From the human T2T-CHM13v2.0 reference genome, Homo sapiens: DNA of 64,000 bases. Below, piece after piece: positions 13,830-27,532 of this stretch (its first letter is position 1; every line of letters starts with the position of its first letter). Under the pieces are notes generated by a model that saw only the letters and a list, made by a program, of their open reading frames with translations, had not been told where the DNA came from and did not search any database. The stretch lies in NCBI RefSeq assembly GCF_009914755.1, contig NC_060937.1; one strand, written 5' to 3'. The position numbers and the translations under genes are program-made.

Positions 13830-14750
13830 AAGGTACAGAAGCAACTGAAAGGAGAAAGAATAGTCTTTTCAACATATACCACTAGAAAACTTAGAGAGCC
13901 ACATGCAAATAAAAAAAGAAAGAAGACAAATTATCTCTATCCATTTCTTTTAATGTATACGAATACTAATTCAAGTGAAGTAGACACCTCAATGTAAAAC
14001 CTTAAACTATAAAACTTCTAGAAGAAAGGAGAAAATTTTTGTTACATTGGGGTTAACAATGATTTCTTAAGTAAAAATCCAAAAAGCACAATCTATAAAA
14101 ACAAAATTGATAAACTGGACTTCACCCAAGTTAAGAACTGCTCTTCTCTGAAAGACATGTTTAAGGCAGTGTAAAGACAAACCACTGGTTGGGAAAAAAA
14201 ATTTAGAAATTACATATCTGATGACATGGTTTGACTATATCCTCACCAAAATCTCATCTTGAATTGTAGCTCCCATAATTCCAATGTGTTGTGGGAGGGA
14301 TCCAGTGGGAGATAAAAGAATCATGGAGGTGGTTTCCCCCACACTGTTCTCATGGTAGTGAATAAGTTTTATAAGGGGAATGGTTTTATAAGGGGAAACC
14401 CCTTTCACTTGACTCTTATTTTCTCTCTTTTCTGCTGCCATGTAAGATGTGCCTTTCGCCTTCCACTATGATTGTGAGGCCTCCCCAGCCACTTGGAACT
14501 GTGAGTCCATTAAACCTCTATTTCTGTATAAATTACTCAGTCTCAGGTACGTCTTTATCAGCAGTGTGAAAATGGACTAATACATCTGATATGCACTTTT
14601 ACCCAGGATACGCAAAGTATTATAAATCAATAATAAGAAATAGTCAACTAACTTTAGAACGTCAGTGAAAGTGGAACAGAAAAAAAATGAACATTGTTAC
14701 TAAAGAAGAAACATGGATGGCAAATAGCACATGAAATATATTAGATCACA
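13830..14750 (+). mobile_element. L1M ORF2 continuation (interrupted by THE1C)
   Basis: gaaagaatagtcttttcaaca, aaactataaaacttctagaagaa, aaattgataaactggacttca. Confidence 0.8.
14222..14584 (+). mobile_element. THE1C-like MaLR solo LTR
   Basis: tgacatggtttg...ggactaataca; 5-bp TSD tctga. Confidence 0.92.
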
Positions 14751-15076
14751 TGTAGCACTAACTTTTAACAATTTGAAAGGCAAGAAAGTATATTCTTTTA
14801 TAATTGAATACTTGGCAATGTTTTTAAGTAATTTTTTAAAAGTTTTTATATTAATGTATTCTCTAGCAATATTACATTATTCTTGTTTATTATCTTATTC
14901 TTTGTATCAATTTTGGCAAATTGTATTTCCTTAAAAACTGATAATATGCACTGTTTTTCAAGTTTATGACTAAAAATTGTATAAATTATTTTTAGTTTAA
15001 AAATATCTAACATTATTTATTTATTTCAAGCCTTTTTATTTTATACATGTGCCTTACAATCAATATATCCAAATAA

Positions 15077-15186
15077 GGCCAGGTGTGGTGGCTCACTCCT
15101 GTAATCCCAGCTCTTTAGGAGGCTGAGGTGGGAGGATTGCTTGAGCTCAGGAGTTCAGGACCAACATGGCAAGACTCTGTCTCTAT
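15077..15186 (+). mobile_element. FLAM/Alu left monomer
   Basis: Single monomer with ggaggattgcttgagctcaggagttc. Confidence 0.85.
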
Positions 15187-16668
15187 TATATATATATATT
15201 ATTTCAAGATATAGATATATAATAATTTTACTTGATATGCTTTTAGTAATTTCTTTATTAAAATAGCATTCTAAAATATATATCAAAATGATTGTTTATT
15301 TTATGGTAACTTCAATCATATTATATTTTAATATGTGATCTATGTTGCAATAAAGACACATTTTTCTCAAAGAACATATCCCAATATTTTCTCATCTACA
15401 AATGAAGAAAAACAGAACTCACTTTTTAAAAAATGAAACATTATTAGCTTAGTATCTTCTTATAAACAGAGGTAACATCAATGACAATGATGTCTAAAAA
15501 TCTCAGATTTTCTATTTGCAGTCTTAGTCAAGAAACTTCATTTCTTTTTGGCAAACAGATTTTAATGTATGTAACTAAAGAAAATTTTAGGTGGTAATTG
15601 TCACAGTCATCAATATATTGCAACACTCATCAAGATCTTATGTTAACATACTCCAAAATTTTTTTTGACTCAATATTCTGTATGAACAAAACACTCTCTT
15701 TCAAGTGAGTCATAACAGTTTTGGAAGGAAATCATCAATAAATTCAGAGCCTTAGGAGCTACTTTTGAATAGTATGCTATTTCAGAGTTAATGAAATCAC
15801 TTACTATGCAGACAAAGGATAACAATTAGAACGCTAGGAAAAATGCCTCCTGTGAATTGCAATCAAGAAATCATCGTTTTTTCCTTTCTTTTTTTTGTAT
15901 TGGTCTGCAAACTAAAAGAATCTTCTTATTAAGTTGTGTCCATATATTACACTCATTGAAAGTTTATGGCATTTATAATTTCTAAAATGTATCTTGAGTG
16001 ATATTTTTTGTTTCTTCTTGGTTTAGCAGCTGAATTCTTTAATCATGAGGAAAAAATAGCATGCTTATATATTTTTTTCCTTAACAACAGCTCATTGTAT
16101 GTTTTAATCTCTATTTAACAATACACTAATGGATAGAGAAAAGTGTCTGAGTCAACATGAATGTCGATCACAACAGTACCTAAAATTTCATAGTGTTATG
16201 CTAATGCCTTCTGTACCTATTTTATTAGAAAACTAGTTAACTTTTGTGAGAATCTAGATGATTTTTATAAAAGGATCCCAACTCAAATTGAGTAATAAAC
16301 TAGACTTCAAGGACTATAGTTTACTTACAAGATAATATTTACTAGAGAAAGTTTGTAAAAATTGTATCAAAGAGCGTTTATTAGATTATTTAACACTTTA
16401 TATTACTTAAATGTTTTGCCCAGTAGATCCAGGTGTCACAGACTTCCAGGATCTTAACTGTTACCTATTTTCAATATGTAATATGAATAATGTCCAAAAC
16501 TTCCACGGTGAAGTAGTAGAGCTGGGCCTTTTTAATTAAATTATCATATGCTATATTTCAATATGTATAAAAATCACCAAACACTTTATTATTCAGGTTA
16601 AAATTTACATTAATTGCAGCAACCCTAAATATGGAAACTATTTTTGTGATTTTGGAACACAAATCTAC

Positions 16669-17051
<383 letters not shown>

Positions 17052-18616
17052 TTAAAATCAGGACATGTGTCGCAACTTAACACTATTATCAACTAATATT
17101 GAAGGGCTTTAAATAACACATTTTTGAAGGGCGAATGAGTTTTGGTGAAAGAGCCGGAGTAATTTAATTGGAATCAACTGGTTCCATTAGTTACAAAAAA
17201 ATAATTTATTATGACAACTTATTTTAAAATTACCTTTTTAAGTGTAATGTGAGAATCTCCACTGAAGACACATTTCAGTGTTTAGTACAGCCATATAAAA
17301 ATTATTTAGGCTAAAACTTGATAGATACCTTTGAGGAATTTGTCAATTTACTGTTCTTCAATTTAATAAGGTTATGTATTAATGAATATTAGCAATGTCA
17401 GGGTAAGAACCAACCTTATACAACTGACTTATAAAAATAATGTATATTTACCTTGTTGGTCTTTTTTTCTAATTTCTCTCCCATTGCTAAAGACTGAATT
17501 GCCAAGCAATGTTGTAATGAAAATGAAAGCCTCAGAATGTAGATGAAAATATTTTTAATTCCTTTTAAAACAGGCAATATTTCAGAGTTACCAAATCTAG
17601 GAAGAAAAATATAATACTCTATGATGTAAAATTAGCCTAATTCCATGTGAATATTAACTTATTTTATTGTTTCTTTGAATAGGTCATTATTTTAAGGTTA
17701 ATAATTTTTAAATTTCCAAGAATACCACAGATATTGATTTTTCCCTTAAGACCCTCATTTGAAAGAAAACTATTTATGTATGATACTATTTATGTATGAC
17801 AGTAGTATGGATTCTTCATACTACTGTCAGATCCAATTTACTTTTAAAATGAATTGGTGATTCAGTGTATATAATAGGTTCTATTTAATATAGTAATTCT
17901 ATTATAAAAGGAAACTTCACAATGCCTTGTCTTCTCAATGCTCTGTAATCATTTTGGAAGTTTTTCTCGCTAGTATGTAAATTTTTCTTAATAGAACAGT
18001 CCCTATTAGTTCTGTTTACCAATAAGGAGCTTTAATTGAATTATTTGATTCTAAAATATCTTATGAAAATAAAATCCAGCTAAATAGGAAATGGAGGAAA
18101 TTACATTATGTACAAAATCAATTACATGGAGATATAATAATAATTGGACCTGCATTTGTTACAACACTCAGGTCAGAGCAGAACAGCATCTGAGAGTCAC
18201 TGAACATAACATAGCTTTCAACATAATCTCAATAATTTTTATTTCAAGCTTTATTCAGACACACAAAGAGTACTTGAAGCCTCTTAAAACATATAACATA
18301 ATTTATTATGTGTGATTTCAGCAGGAAATCCTTTTATAAAATCAAGATAATAAACTATTTTCCTTAAAATTGTCTTCTTATGTTTGTGTTTATCCCATTA
18401 GATTATAGAAGACTTCTGCAGGAAAAAAAAATATATGGCCTAAATTTTATTGTATATATTTCACTGTGATATGGAAATTTATTTGTAACAATTTAGGTAT
18501 AGCTAGCAGTCTCTTTAACCTCTTCACTTAATTCCTTTGTAATTCGACAAAATTTTAGTTGATATATTTCAGATGTTTAGTGAGCAGGCTCAGCAACACC
18601 ATTTCACTTTACCAGC

Positions 18617-18986
18617 TGATATGGTTTGGTTGTGTCCCCACCCAAATCTCATCTGGAACTGTAGTTCCCATAATCTCCACATGTCATGGACAGGACCATG
18701 TGGGAGGTAATTGAATCATGCAGCAGTTACCTCCATGCTGTTCTCATGATAATGATTGAGTTCTCACGAGATCTTATAGTTTTATGAGGATCTTTTCCCT
18801 CTTTTTTCTCAGCACTTCTCCTTGCTGCTGCAAAGAAGGACGTGTTTGCTTTCCCTTCCACCATGATGAATGTTTCCTGAGGCCTCCTCAGCCATACTGA
18901 ACTGTGAGTCAATTAAACCTCTTTTCTTTATAAATTCCACAGTCTCAGGTATGTCTTTATTAGCAAAGTGAGAAAGGACTAATACG
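18617..18986 (+). mobile_element. THE1D-like MaLR solo LTR
   Basis: tgatatggtttggttgtgtccccacccaaatctc ... aaggactaatac. Confidence 0.9.
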
Positions 18987-19265
18987 CCATTCTGTATGGC
19001 ATTTTGCTTATAACTTAATGCTTCATTGTTGAATGACTGAATATCAGGTCACAATTTTAACCATGTTTTCCTAGTATTTTGTCTCCCTAGCTATCTACTT
19101 ATTTTTTTTTAGAGTAAAAATCAGATTTGGTCACAGTAAATTGTTTGTAAGGTATATGGGTTATATTTAATAAATGTTCAAATTAATACATGGATTTTAT
19201 TTAGATTATTAACTTCTAAAAATGCCCAAGTATATTAAAAGAAACAGACAACTAAAAATTAAAAA

Positions 19266-19355
19266 TATTGAAGAATTATAATTGTTAATATATGGTATCC
19301 TACTATTGAGTATTGAAGAATTATAATTTTTAACATAAGGTATCCTACTATTGGG
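19266..19355. repeat. 45-bp tandem duplication (2 copies)
   Basis: tattgaagaattataatt...ggtatcctactattg twice, with about 4 mismatches. Confidence 0.9.
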
Positions 19356-19550
19356 TGTGTGTAGAAACAAATATTGGCAGTAAATTCCACTTGACAGACT
19401 TAATTTTCTAGAATATTACATTTGATAATATCAACATTGCATGAAAGATCACTAAATAGCATAGTAAATTTGGAACTAAAGAATGTAAAACTATGCTTTC
19501 TTGAATACACAAGCAAGACTTCAAAAAGTAAATAAAAGTGATTTAGCCTA

Positions 19551-19923
19551 TTTGTTTTAGACAGAATATTTATGTCCTCCCCCAAATCCATTTATTAAAC
19601 TCCAAACCCCCAAAGTGATGGTGATTGGAGATGGGGCCTTTGAGAGCTAATTAAGTTTAGATGAGGTCATGATGATGGGGCCCCCATGATGGGATTAGTT
19701 TCTTTATAAGAAAAAGAGTAGCAACCAGAGCTCTCCCTCTATGCCATATAAGGATGCAGCATGAAGTTGGCCATATACATGCCAGAAAGACCTCACCTGA
19801 ACCCAACCATGCTGGCACCCTGACCTCAGACTTCCAGCCTCCAGAACTGTGAGAAATAAAATCTGTTTTTAAGTCAGCCCTTCTATGGTATTTTGTTATA
19901 GCAGTCCAAGCTTGCCTCAGACA
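19551..19923 (+). mobile_element. MLT1A-type MaLR solo LTR
   Basis: gatgaggtcatga...gggattagt; gacttccagcctccagaactgtgagaaataaa. Confidence 0.88.
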
Positions 19924-20009
19924 ATCTCTAAGTTTATTTTTCTTTAAAGTGAATATGATGTCTATACTTCATACTTGACTCTCAGGGATTCTGTTGAAAT
20001 ATCAAATTA

Positions 20010-20700
20010 GCTCATTGTGGTTATGATTTGCATTTCTCTGATGATTAACGATGTTGAGCATTTTTTTCTTATGTACATTGAAAATTTGCATGTCTTCTTT
20101 TGAGAAATGTCTATTTAGTTCTTTTGCCCATTTTAAAATCAGATTGTTTTGTTGCTATTGAGTTGTTTGAGTTTCTTATATATTCTGGAAATTAACCCAA
20201 TGACAGATGCTTAGTTTGCAAGTACTTTCTCACATTATTTAGGTCGTGTCTTCATTTTATTGATTGTTTTCTTTGACATTCAGAAGCTTTTTAGCTTGAT
20301 GTAATCCCATTTGTCTATTTTTGATTTTGTGGCCTGTTCTGTTAAGGCCTTATTTCAATAATCCTCACTTCATTTCAATTAGAATGGCTAATATTAAGAA
20401 AAGACAAAAGATTTAAAATGCTCATAAGAATACAGAAAAATAGAGATCACCTATTCATCGTTGTTAGGAATGTACATTAGTACAGTCATTACGGAAAACA
20501 GTATGATGTTTCTTCAAAACACTAAAAATAAAACTACCATATGATTCAGCAATCCCATTACTGGGTGTATAGCCAAAGAACTGAAATCAGTATGTTGAAG
20601 ACACATCTGTATATCCATGCATATTGCAGTAGAATTCACAATAGCCATAATGTTAAATCAACTTACATGTCCATGTAATGATATATGAATAAGGAAAACG
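20010..20700 (+). mobile_element. L1MA fragment with 5' inversion (minus 20010-20365, plus 20366-20700)
   Basis: Antisense ctcattgtggtt...tttgcatttctctgatg followed by sense ttagaatggctaatatt...aactaccatatgattcagcaatccc. Confidence 0.8.
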
Positions 20701-20772
20701 TGTCTTTTCAAGTAAGTATTTCAGCTATTTAATTATCTTATCTCTAGCAACCTTGCCTTCATCACTTCATTA

Positions 20773-21328
20773 TGTAATGCCCAACCTCATTTTTACTAAC
20801 CCTGTTTTCAGACTCTCCCTTTCCTTTAATCACCCAGCCTTGTTTCCACCTGAATTGACTATCCCTTAGCTAAGAGAGCCGGACAGACTCCATCTTGGCT
20901 CTTTCACTGGCAGCCCCTTCCTCAAGGACTTAACTTGTGCAAGCTGACTCCCAGCACATCCAAGAATGCAATTAACTGATAAGATACTGTGGCGAGCAAT
21001 ATCCACAATTCCCAGGAATTCGTCTGATTGATAATGCCCAAAGCCCCGAGTCTATCACCTTGTAATAGTCTTAAAGCCCCTGCACCTGGAACTGTTTGCT
21101 TTCCTGTAACCATCTATCCTTTTAACTTTTTGCCTACTTTATTTCTGTAAAATTGTTTTAACTAGACCCTGCTTCTCTCTTCTAAACCAAAGTATAAAAG
21201 AAAATCTAGCCCCTTCTTCAGGGTCGAGAGAATTTTGAGCGTTAGTCATCTCTTGGCCACCGGCTAAATAAACGGACTCTTAATTCATCTCAAAGTGTGA
21301 GTTTTCTCTAACTCACTCAGGTACAACA
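20773..21328 (+). mobile_element. LTR6A-like (HERV-S71 group) solo LTR
   Basis: tgtaatgcccaacc...gtacaaca; TATAAAA and AATAAA present; exact 4-bp TSD atta. Confidence 0.85.
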
Positions 21329-21789
21329 ATTACTTCAACCAGATAAAACTACTTATTATTTTTTAAAAAATATGTTCTCTCAAAGAAATTGTACTGTCAG
21401 ATTTTCCATTTACATACGTGTAATTTGGGTCCCTTGAAGGTGGATTGGATGAGTGCTAATTTATCTACTCTTCATCTTCACTTGGTTTACCAAAGGGAAG
21501 TGTGAGTGATCATTAAAAGGTAAACATGTTTTTTGAAGGAGTTAAAAGTTAACTACTCTCAAAATTGGAGCAAATAACTATAGAGAAAAAGTGAGACCAA
21601 CTAAATTTGATTAATGCAGAAAGAGCCAGGAAAGGAATAAAATAAGAAAATAGTAGAAAAATATAGTAAAATAAAAATAAATAGAAAGCCATAGATGTGT
21701 TTTAGATGTCCTCAGCTTACTCCTTCAGATTTACTCTCTAACTTTCTCATCTTTCACTTTTTCTGGGCATGGAGAATCTTGTCTGTATT

Positions 21790-22250
21790 CCCAGGGTATC
21801 TTTGTTAAACCAATGGAAACCATGCCAGTTCATTAGAGACAGGCTAATTTTATCGATTGCAGAATGTTGGATATGCAATAATTGTCCTCACTGAAATATG
21901 AGGGTTTTCATTTCAGTTTACTATTCACAAGACCTTTTCTAGCACCAGCCTCCACTGATTTACTAAATGTCTTATACAACATCACAATATTCCATTATTT
22001 CTTTGAATACCATAATTTACTGTGTAAACAGTAAGAAATTAGCTAAAACCTAAGAATTTCACATCTTTCTATACCATCTATTATAAAAAGAAATTTATCT
22101 TAAAGTAGGTCAGATGCACTGTTGAAGGCTAATTTATGATGAAAACTATTAGACAATATCTTGCAAAATTGAGGTGTTAATCTGTCCAGTTTTTTTGTTT
22201 TCTGTACCATAAACAAGAATATATAATTTTCTTCCATAGGCATAATATAT
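21790..22250 (+). mobile_element. Highly degraded ERV-L-type internal (integrase region) remnant
   Basis: aaatgtcttatacaacatcacaatattcca resembles ERV-L gaatgccttatccaccatcatggtattcca. Confidence 0.4.
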
Positions 22251-22365
22251 AACTAGTGTATAAAATTTTTGTTCAATATTCAGTTAGGCTTCATTTACTT
22301 GGTGATGATGGATACTTTATATAAGTGACCAAAGGAATGAGAGAAAAACATTTGTTAAAATGCTC

Positions 22366-22722
22366 TGATATGGTTTGGCTGTGTCCTCACCCAAATCTCA
22401 TCTTGAACTGTAGTTCTCATAATCTCCATATGTCATGGGAAGGACCTGGTGAGAAATGAGTGAATCATGGGGTCAGTTTCCCCCATGTTGTTATGGTGAT
22501 ACTGAGTGAGTTCTCATGAGATCTGAAGGTTTTATTAGCATCTGGCATCTCCTCTGCTGGCATTCATTCTCTCTCCTGCTGCTCGGTGAAGAGGTGTCTT
22601 CTACCATGATTGTTAAGTTTACTGACGTCTCCCCAGCTCCTTGGAACTGTGAATCAATTAAACCTCTTTTCTTGATAAATCACCCCATCTTGGATATCTC
22701 TTCACAGCAGCATGAGAAGCAG
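22366..22722 (+). mobile_element. THE1D/MSTA-like MaLR LTR
   Basis: tgatatggtttggctgtgtcctcacccaaatctcatcttgaa ... attaaacctcttt. Confidence 0.9.
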
Positions 22723-23419
22723 GCTTTTTTTGGGTGACATCCAATAGAATATTGAATATAATTCAGAAAATATTATTTATTATTATGTTTTGAGAAAATA
22801 TTATTTTTTTAAAATTTTCTTTCCTAGTAAAACCCTACTCTTAAGAGACTTTGTGAAACCCCTCTCATGATTTGAGTCCCTCTGTTTTTAAAAGGAAAAA
22901 AGACATAAATGGTAGTTATATGGACCTTGCTTCTCATACAGTAGAATCTCCTCTATCTGAAATAATCAAAATTATCACAGTGACAGAGTCTAATTCTATT
23001 TACTTCTTATTATAAACATTAGGGGCAGGCTTACTCTGTTGCCTCAGAGCAATACACAGAACTGACTTCATCTTCTATATCCAAAACCATTACAAAGAAA
23101 AGGTTCAATTAGATATATTTTTTTCTTATATGAGGCATAATAATATGCATGCATTAAAGGAGCAAATACTCTCATTAAGTTACGCAGACTAAACCATAAC
23201 ACTTGCCTCTACTCTATTCCCTTGTTATAACTTAACCAAATTATAACATGGTAATGAAACAGCATAAATCTTGAGGTATTGTGTTCAAAAGCATTATAAG
23301 TAAATAGACCTGATAGGTCTGAGAATTTTTAAACAGGATTGTTCATGAGTCACTTGTAGCAACTAATTTGAAAGTGAATGGGTGGAATTTGAGATTCGAT
23401 TTTCCATAATAAACTGAAT

Positions 23420-24250
23420 GTTTTGCGGGAGGGTATGTTCTCTTCCTGGTGATTCTGGGTTCTGCTGAATTGAAGGTTTAGCTGTCACCACTGGATCACA
23501 AGCTGGGGTTTATCTGGGGTTCCTTGTGCAACTGAACAAACTAACAAAAATAGTTCACTTTATTACTGGGGTAATTGATCTTGACCGTTGAGGGAAAATA
23601 AGGTGACCGCTGGACAAAGGTGCAGTGGAAACCAGGAGTATGTATAGAACCCTGGGGATTCTCTGTAGTACCTCTTGTACTTGTCCATATGGTTTAAAAT
23701 AATAAAATCCTTGTAAACCTCCATATAGGCCTCAGAAAACCAAAGCAAAACCAAAAGTCTCTGTTCCTTAATTATAAGATTTAAGTCACACTATTAGGCA
23801 ACTCGCTGATAGCAAAGAATGTGTAGAATGGGTGGTAGGGAAAGAAAAGTCATAAATGTCAATAAAACCCTTATGATTAGTTACAGAAATAAATTGAGGT
23901 ATTAAACCATATTTTATTTTTTGTGCCATATAAATTTACCTATTTCAAATAATTTCTTTCTATTGATTATTTTATCCCCTTGCTCTTATGTATAAAATGT
24001 GATAATGGTAATCAAAATTATAGTGTATGTCAAGATTTAGAAAGGATGATTGCAGAGAAAATACCAAACTAGAGCCAAAATGGTCATCAGAGCCAGATAT
24101 CTGAAACATGAAACTGAAATGATGACCTAGCTGATGTTGGAGATGGTATTAAAGCATTTTGGAAATTTTTAAAAATATATTTGGGGCTTTTATGGGATAT
24201 TCTACTTAGGAAGGAAAATTTAAGAATTTGTCCAAATTGGTTAGAAAGTG
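23420..24250 (+). mobile_element. ERV-L-type internal 3' remnant
   Basis: actggggtaattgatcttgaccgttgagggaaaat...gagtatgt...ctggggattctctg matches the ERV-L 3' internal region. Confidence 0.55.

Positions 24251-24286
<36 letters not shown>
24251..24286. repeat. (TG)n microsatellite
   Basis: Directly visible. Confidence 0.95.
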
Positions 24287-24288
<2 letters not shown>

Positions 24289-24771
24289 ATATTACAATGA
24301 ATTGACATAGACTATAGAAAGTTTGTAGTATTTTTTTTAATCTTTTCAGGACATACAAATTTCAATTTGAGAAACTACCTTTTCACCAAAGTTTGAAGTA
24401 CTAGTAAGATTATAATAAAGATGCTCTGCTTTACTCTCTCCAAGTGAGATATTCATGACTGAAGCTAAACTAATGACCTCATCTTTCTTAAGATGCTGAT
24501 CTCAAATGGCGTGATACAATAAAGTGAATGCAGTAGAAGATGTCCTTGTGGACTACACTGCCCCAAGTTGCCTTAATTCCTAAAATGTTTCTTGTTTTGC
24601 TTCCAAGGATTGATCTCTATTCTCTCCAGTATTATCAAATACTGTTTAGTTTCAACATATTTATTTTTTACTTAACTTGGTCAAATGTAGATTATAAATT
24701 TTGCAACCAAGTAAACCAAATTGATAATCATGATATAGAGGCATTAATTCATTTCTACTTTATAATTGGTA

Positions 24772-25166
<395 letters not shown>

Positions 25167-25792
25167 TATTATTCTTAGTAATAATCAACGTTAAACTATA
25201 TTCAATATCTTTTTTATCTTTGAAAAAACTTTCTAGTCTTTCTCTTACATAGTAATTTATTTAATTTTATTAATATTCTGAAACGATATCCTTGGAATAA
25301 TTTTTTTAGTGTATTATATATTAGTTGTCATATTTTAGTAGATATGTATTCATAATGGAATTCTGTAGTTTTTTTTAGTATGGTTGTTAATTGTTTAAGG
25401 TTTCAATAAATATATTTCTGAATTTTATGTAATTATATATCACTACATTACCTCAAATGAATTAAATGACATTAGACTTAACTCTTCCTGAAAATTTGAT
25501 CAAATTTACCTTGTTACATAAAAGTCTGGGGCTTATTTTGGTGATACTTATTTTATTAACTTATTAACTTCTCAGATATTTATTCAATTTATGACTTCTT
25601 TTGGACTTCGTTTCTGAGAATTGTTTTTCTAATTGAACTTTAAATGGAATTTTAGACTGTCTACATTAGAGTTAGCAAATTGTCATCCTAAGACTCACAT
25701 AGATTTTGTATTGTTTTAAAACCTCACCCCTTTTAACAAGAAAACCAAAACAACAGCACTGAAAAAACTTTAGCATGTTATATTTTCATAAA

Positions 25793-25962
25793 GTTTTTGT
25801 TTGTTTGTTTGTTTGTTTGAGAAGGTCTCACTCTGTCACCCTGGCTGGAGCACAGTGACATGATCAAAGCTCACTGCAGCTTGTAACTCCTGGGCTCAAG
25901 AGATTCTCCCACCTCCACCTCCCAAGGTGCTGAAAGTACAAGCGTGAACCACATGTCCAGGG
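25793..25962 (-). mobile_element. FRAM/AluJ right monomer with (GTTT)n tail
   Basis: gctcactgcagc...actcctgggctcaag. Confidence 0.85.
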
Positions 25963-26136
25963 TATTTAAATAAAGTTATTAAGCAATTGTTAAAAATTCA
26001 TATTGCAAATTTTAGTGTATCTCAACACGACCTGAAATCAGTCATACACTTGTCAATATTTATTGACTGTCCCTGAACTCCAGCCCTCTTCTCATTGGTA
26101 AAACACAACAGTGCATAAATAAGACAGATATTTCCA

Positions 26137-26888
<752 letters not shown>

Positions 26889-26899
26889 CCTGCATGGAT

Positions 26900-27372
26900 A
26901 TGGGCAACATAGAAGTAAATAAGCAATATATGTAGGATAAAATGAAAACTATGAGGTGAAGCAGAGAAATAAATAGAGAGTGTTATGTGATGGCATTGAT
27001 TAGTATAATCGGAGATGGCCTCATTGAGATGGTAACAGTTGAGCAAAACTGGAAAAAGGCAAGTAAACCAGGCAACTAGTTTTCTGGGGGAATAAGCTTT
27101 CCAGCAGAAGGAACTATATTTGCAAGAGACAGTTGCAAAGTTTGTGAAGTATAACTAGGCTGATATGCTTGAAGGTAAGGGAGTAAGGAAATGATTAGAT
27201 GAAGATGAGACCAAAGAGGACAAAGGAAGGGTGCTCACAGAAGTTGGGGGCTGGGCCATCTTAGAACTTTAGGTTTTACGCTGAGCAATGTGAGAGGCCA
27301 TTTGAGCATGTTGAGCAGAGGATAACATCTCCTGATTTATATGTTAAAGTTATCACCGGAATGCTGTGTAAA
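26900..27372 (-). mobile_element. L2 fragment
   Basis: ggcctcattgagatggtaacagttgagc; ttccagcagaaggaac; ttgagcagaggataacat. Confidence 0.75.
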
Positions 27373-27532
27373 GATATTTTTAAACTTATTTCTAATAATT
27401 CAAAGTTAATTGAAAAACTCAAATATATTCTTTAGAACACAAGGTTAAAGGGACAAGTTTGAGGGTGAAGAAGGCAGGTGCATTAATAAATTTGTAAAAA
27501 TTATGTTTAAATAGTTAGATTTCACCCTTACC

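Noticed and set aside
17769-17799. Short tandem doublets here and at about 36891-36916 and 56246-56275
   Set aside because: Ordinary 13-16-bp slippage duplications; not an array and no spacers, so not CRISPR-like.
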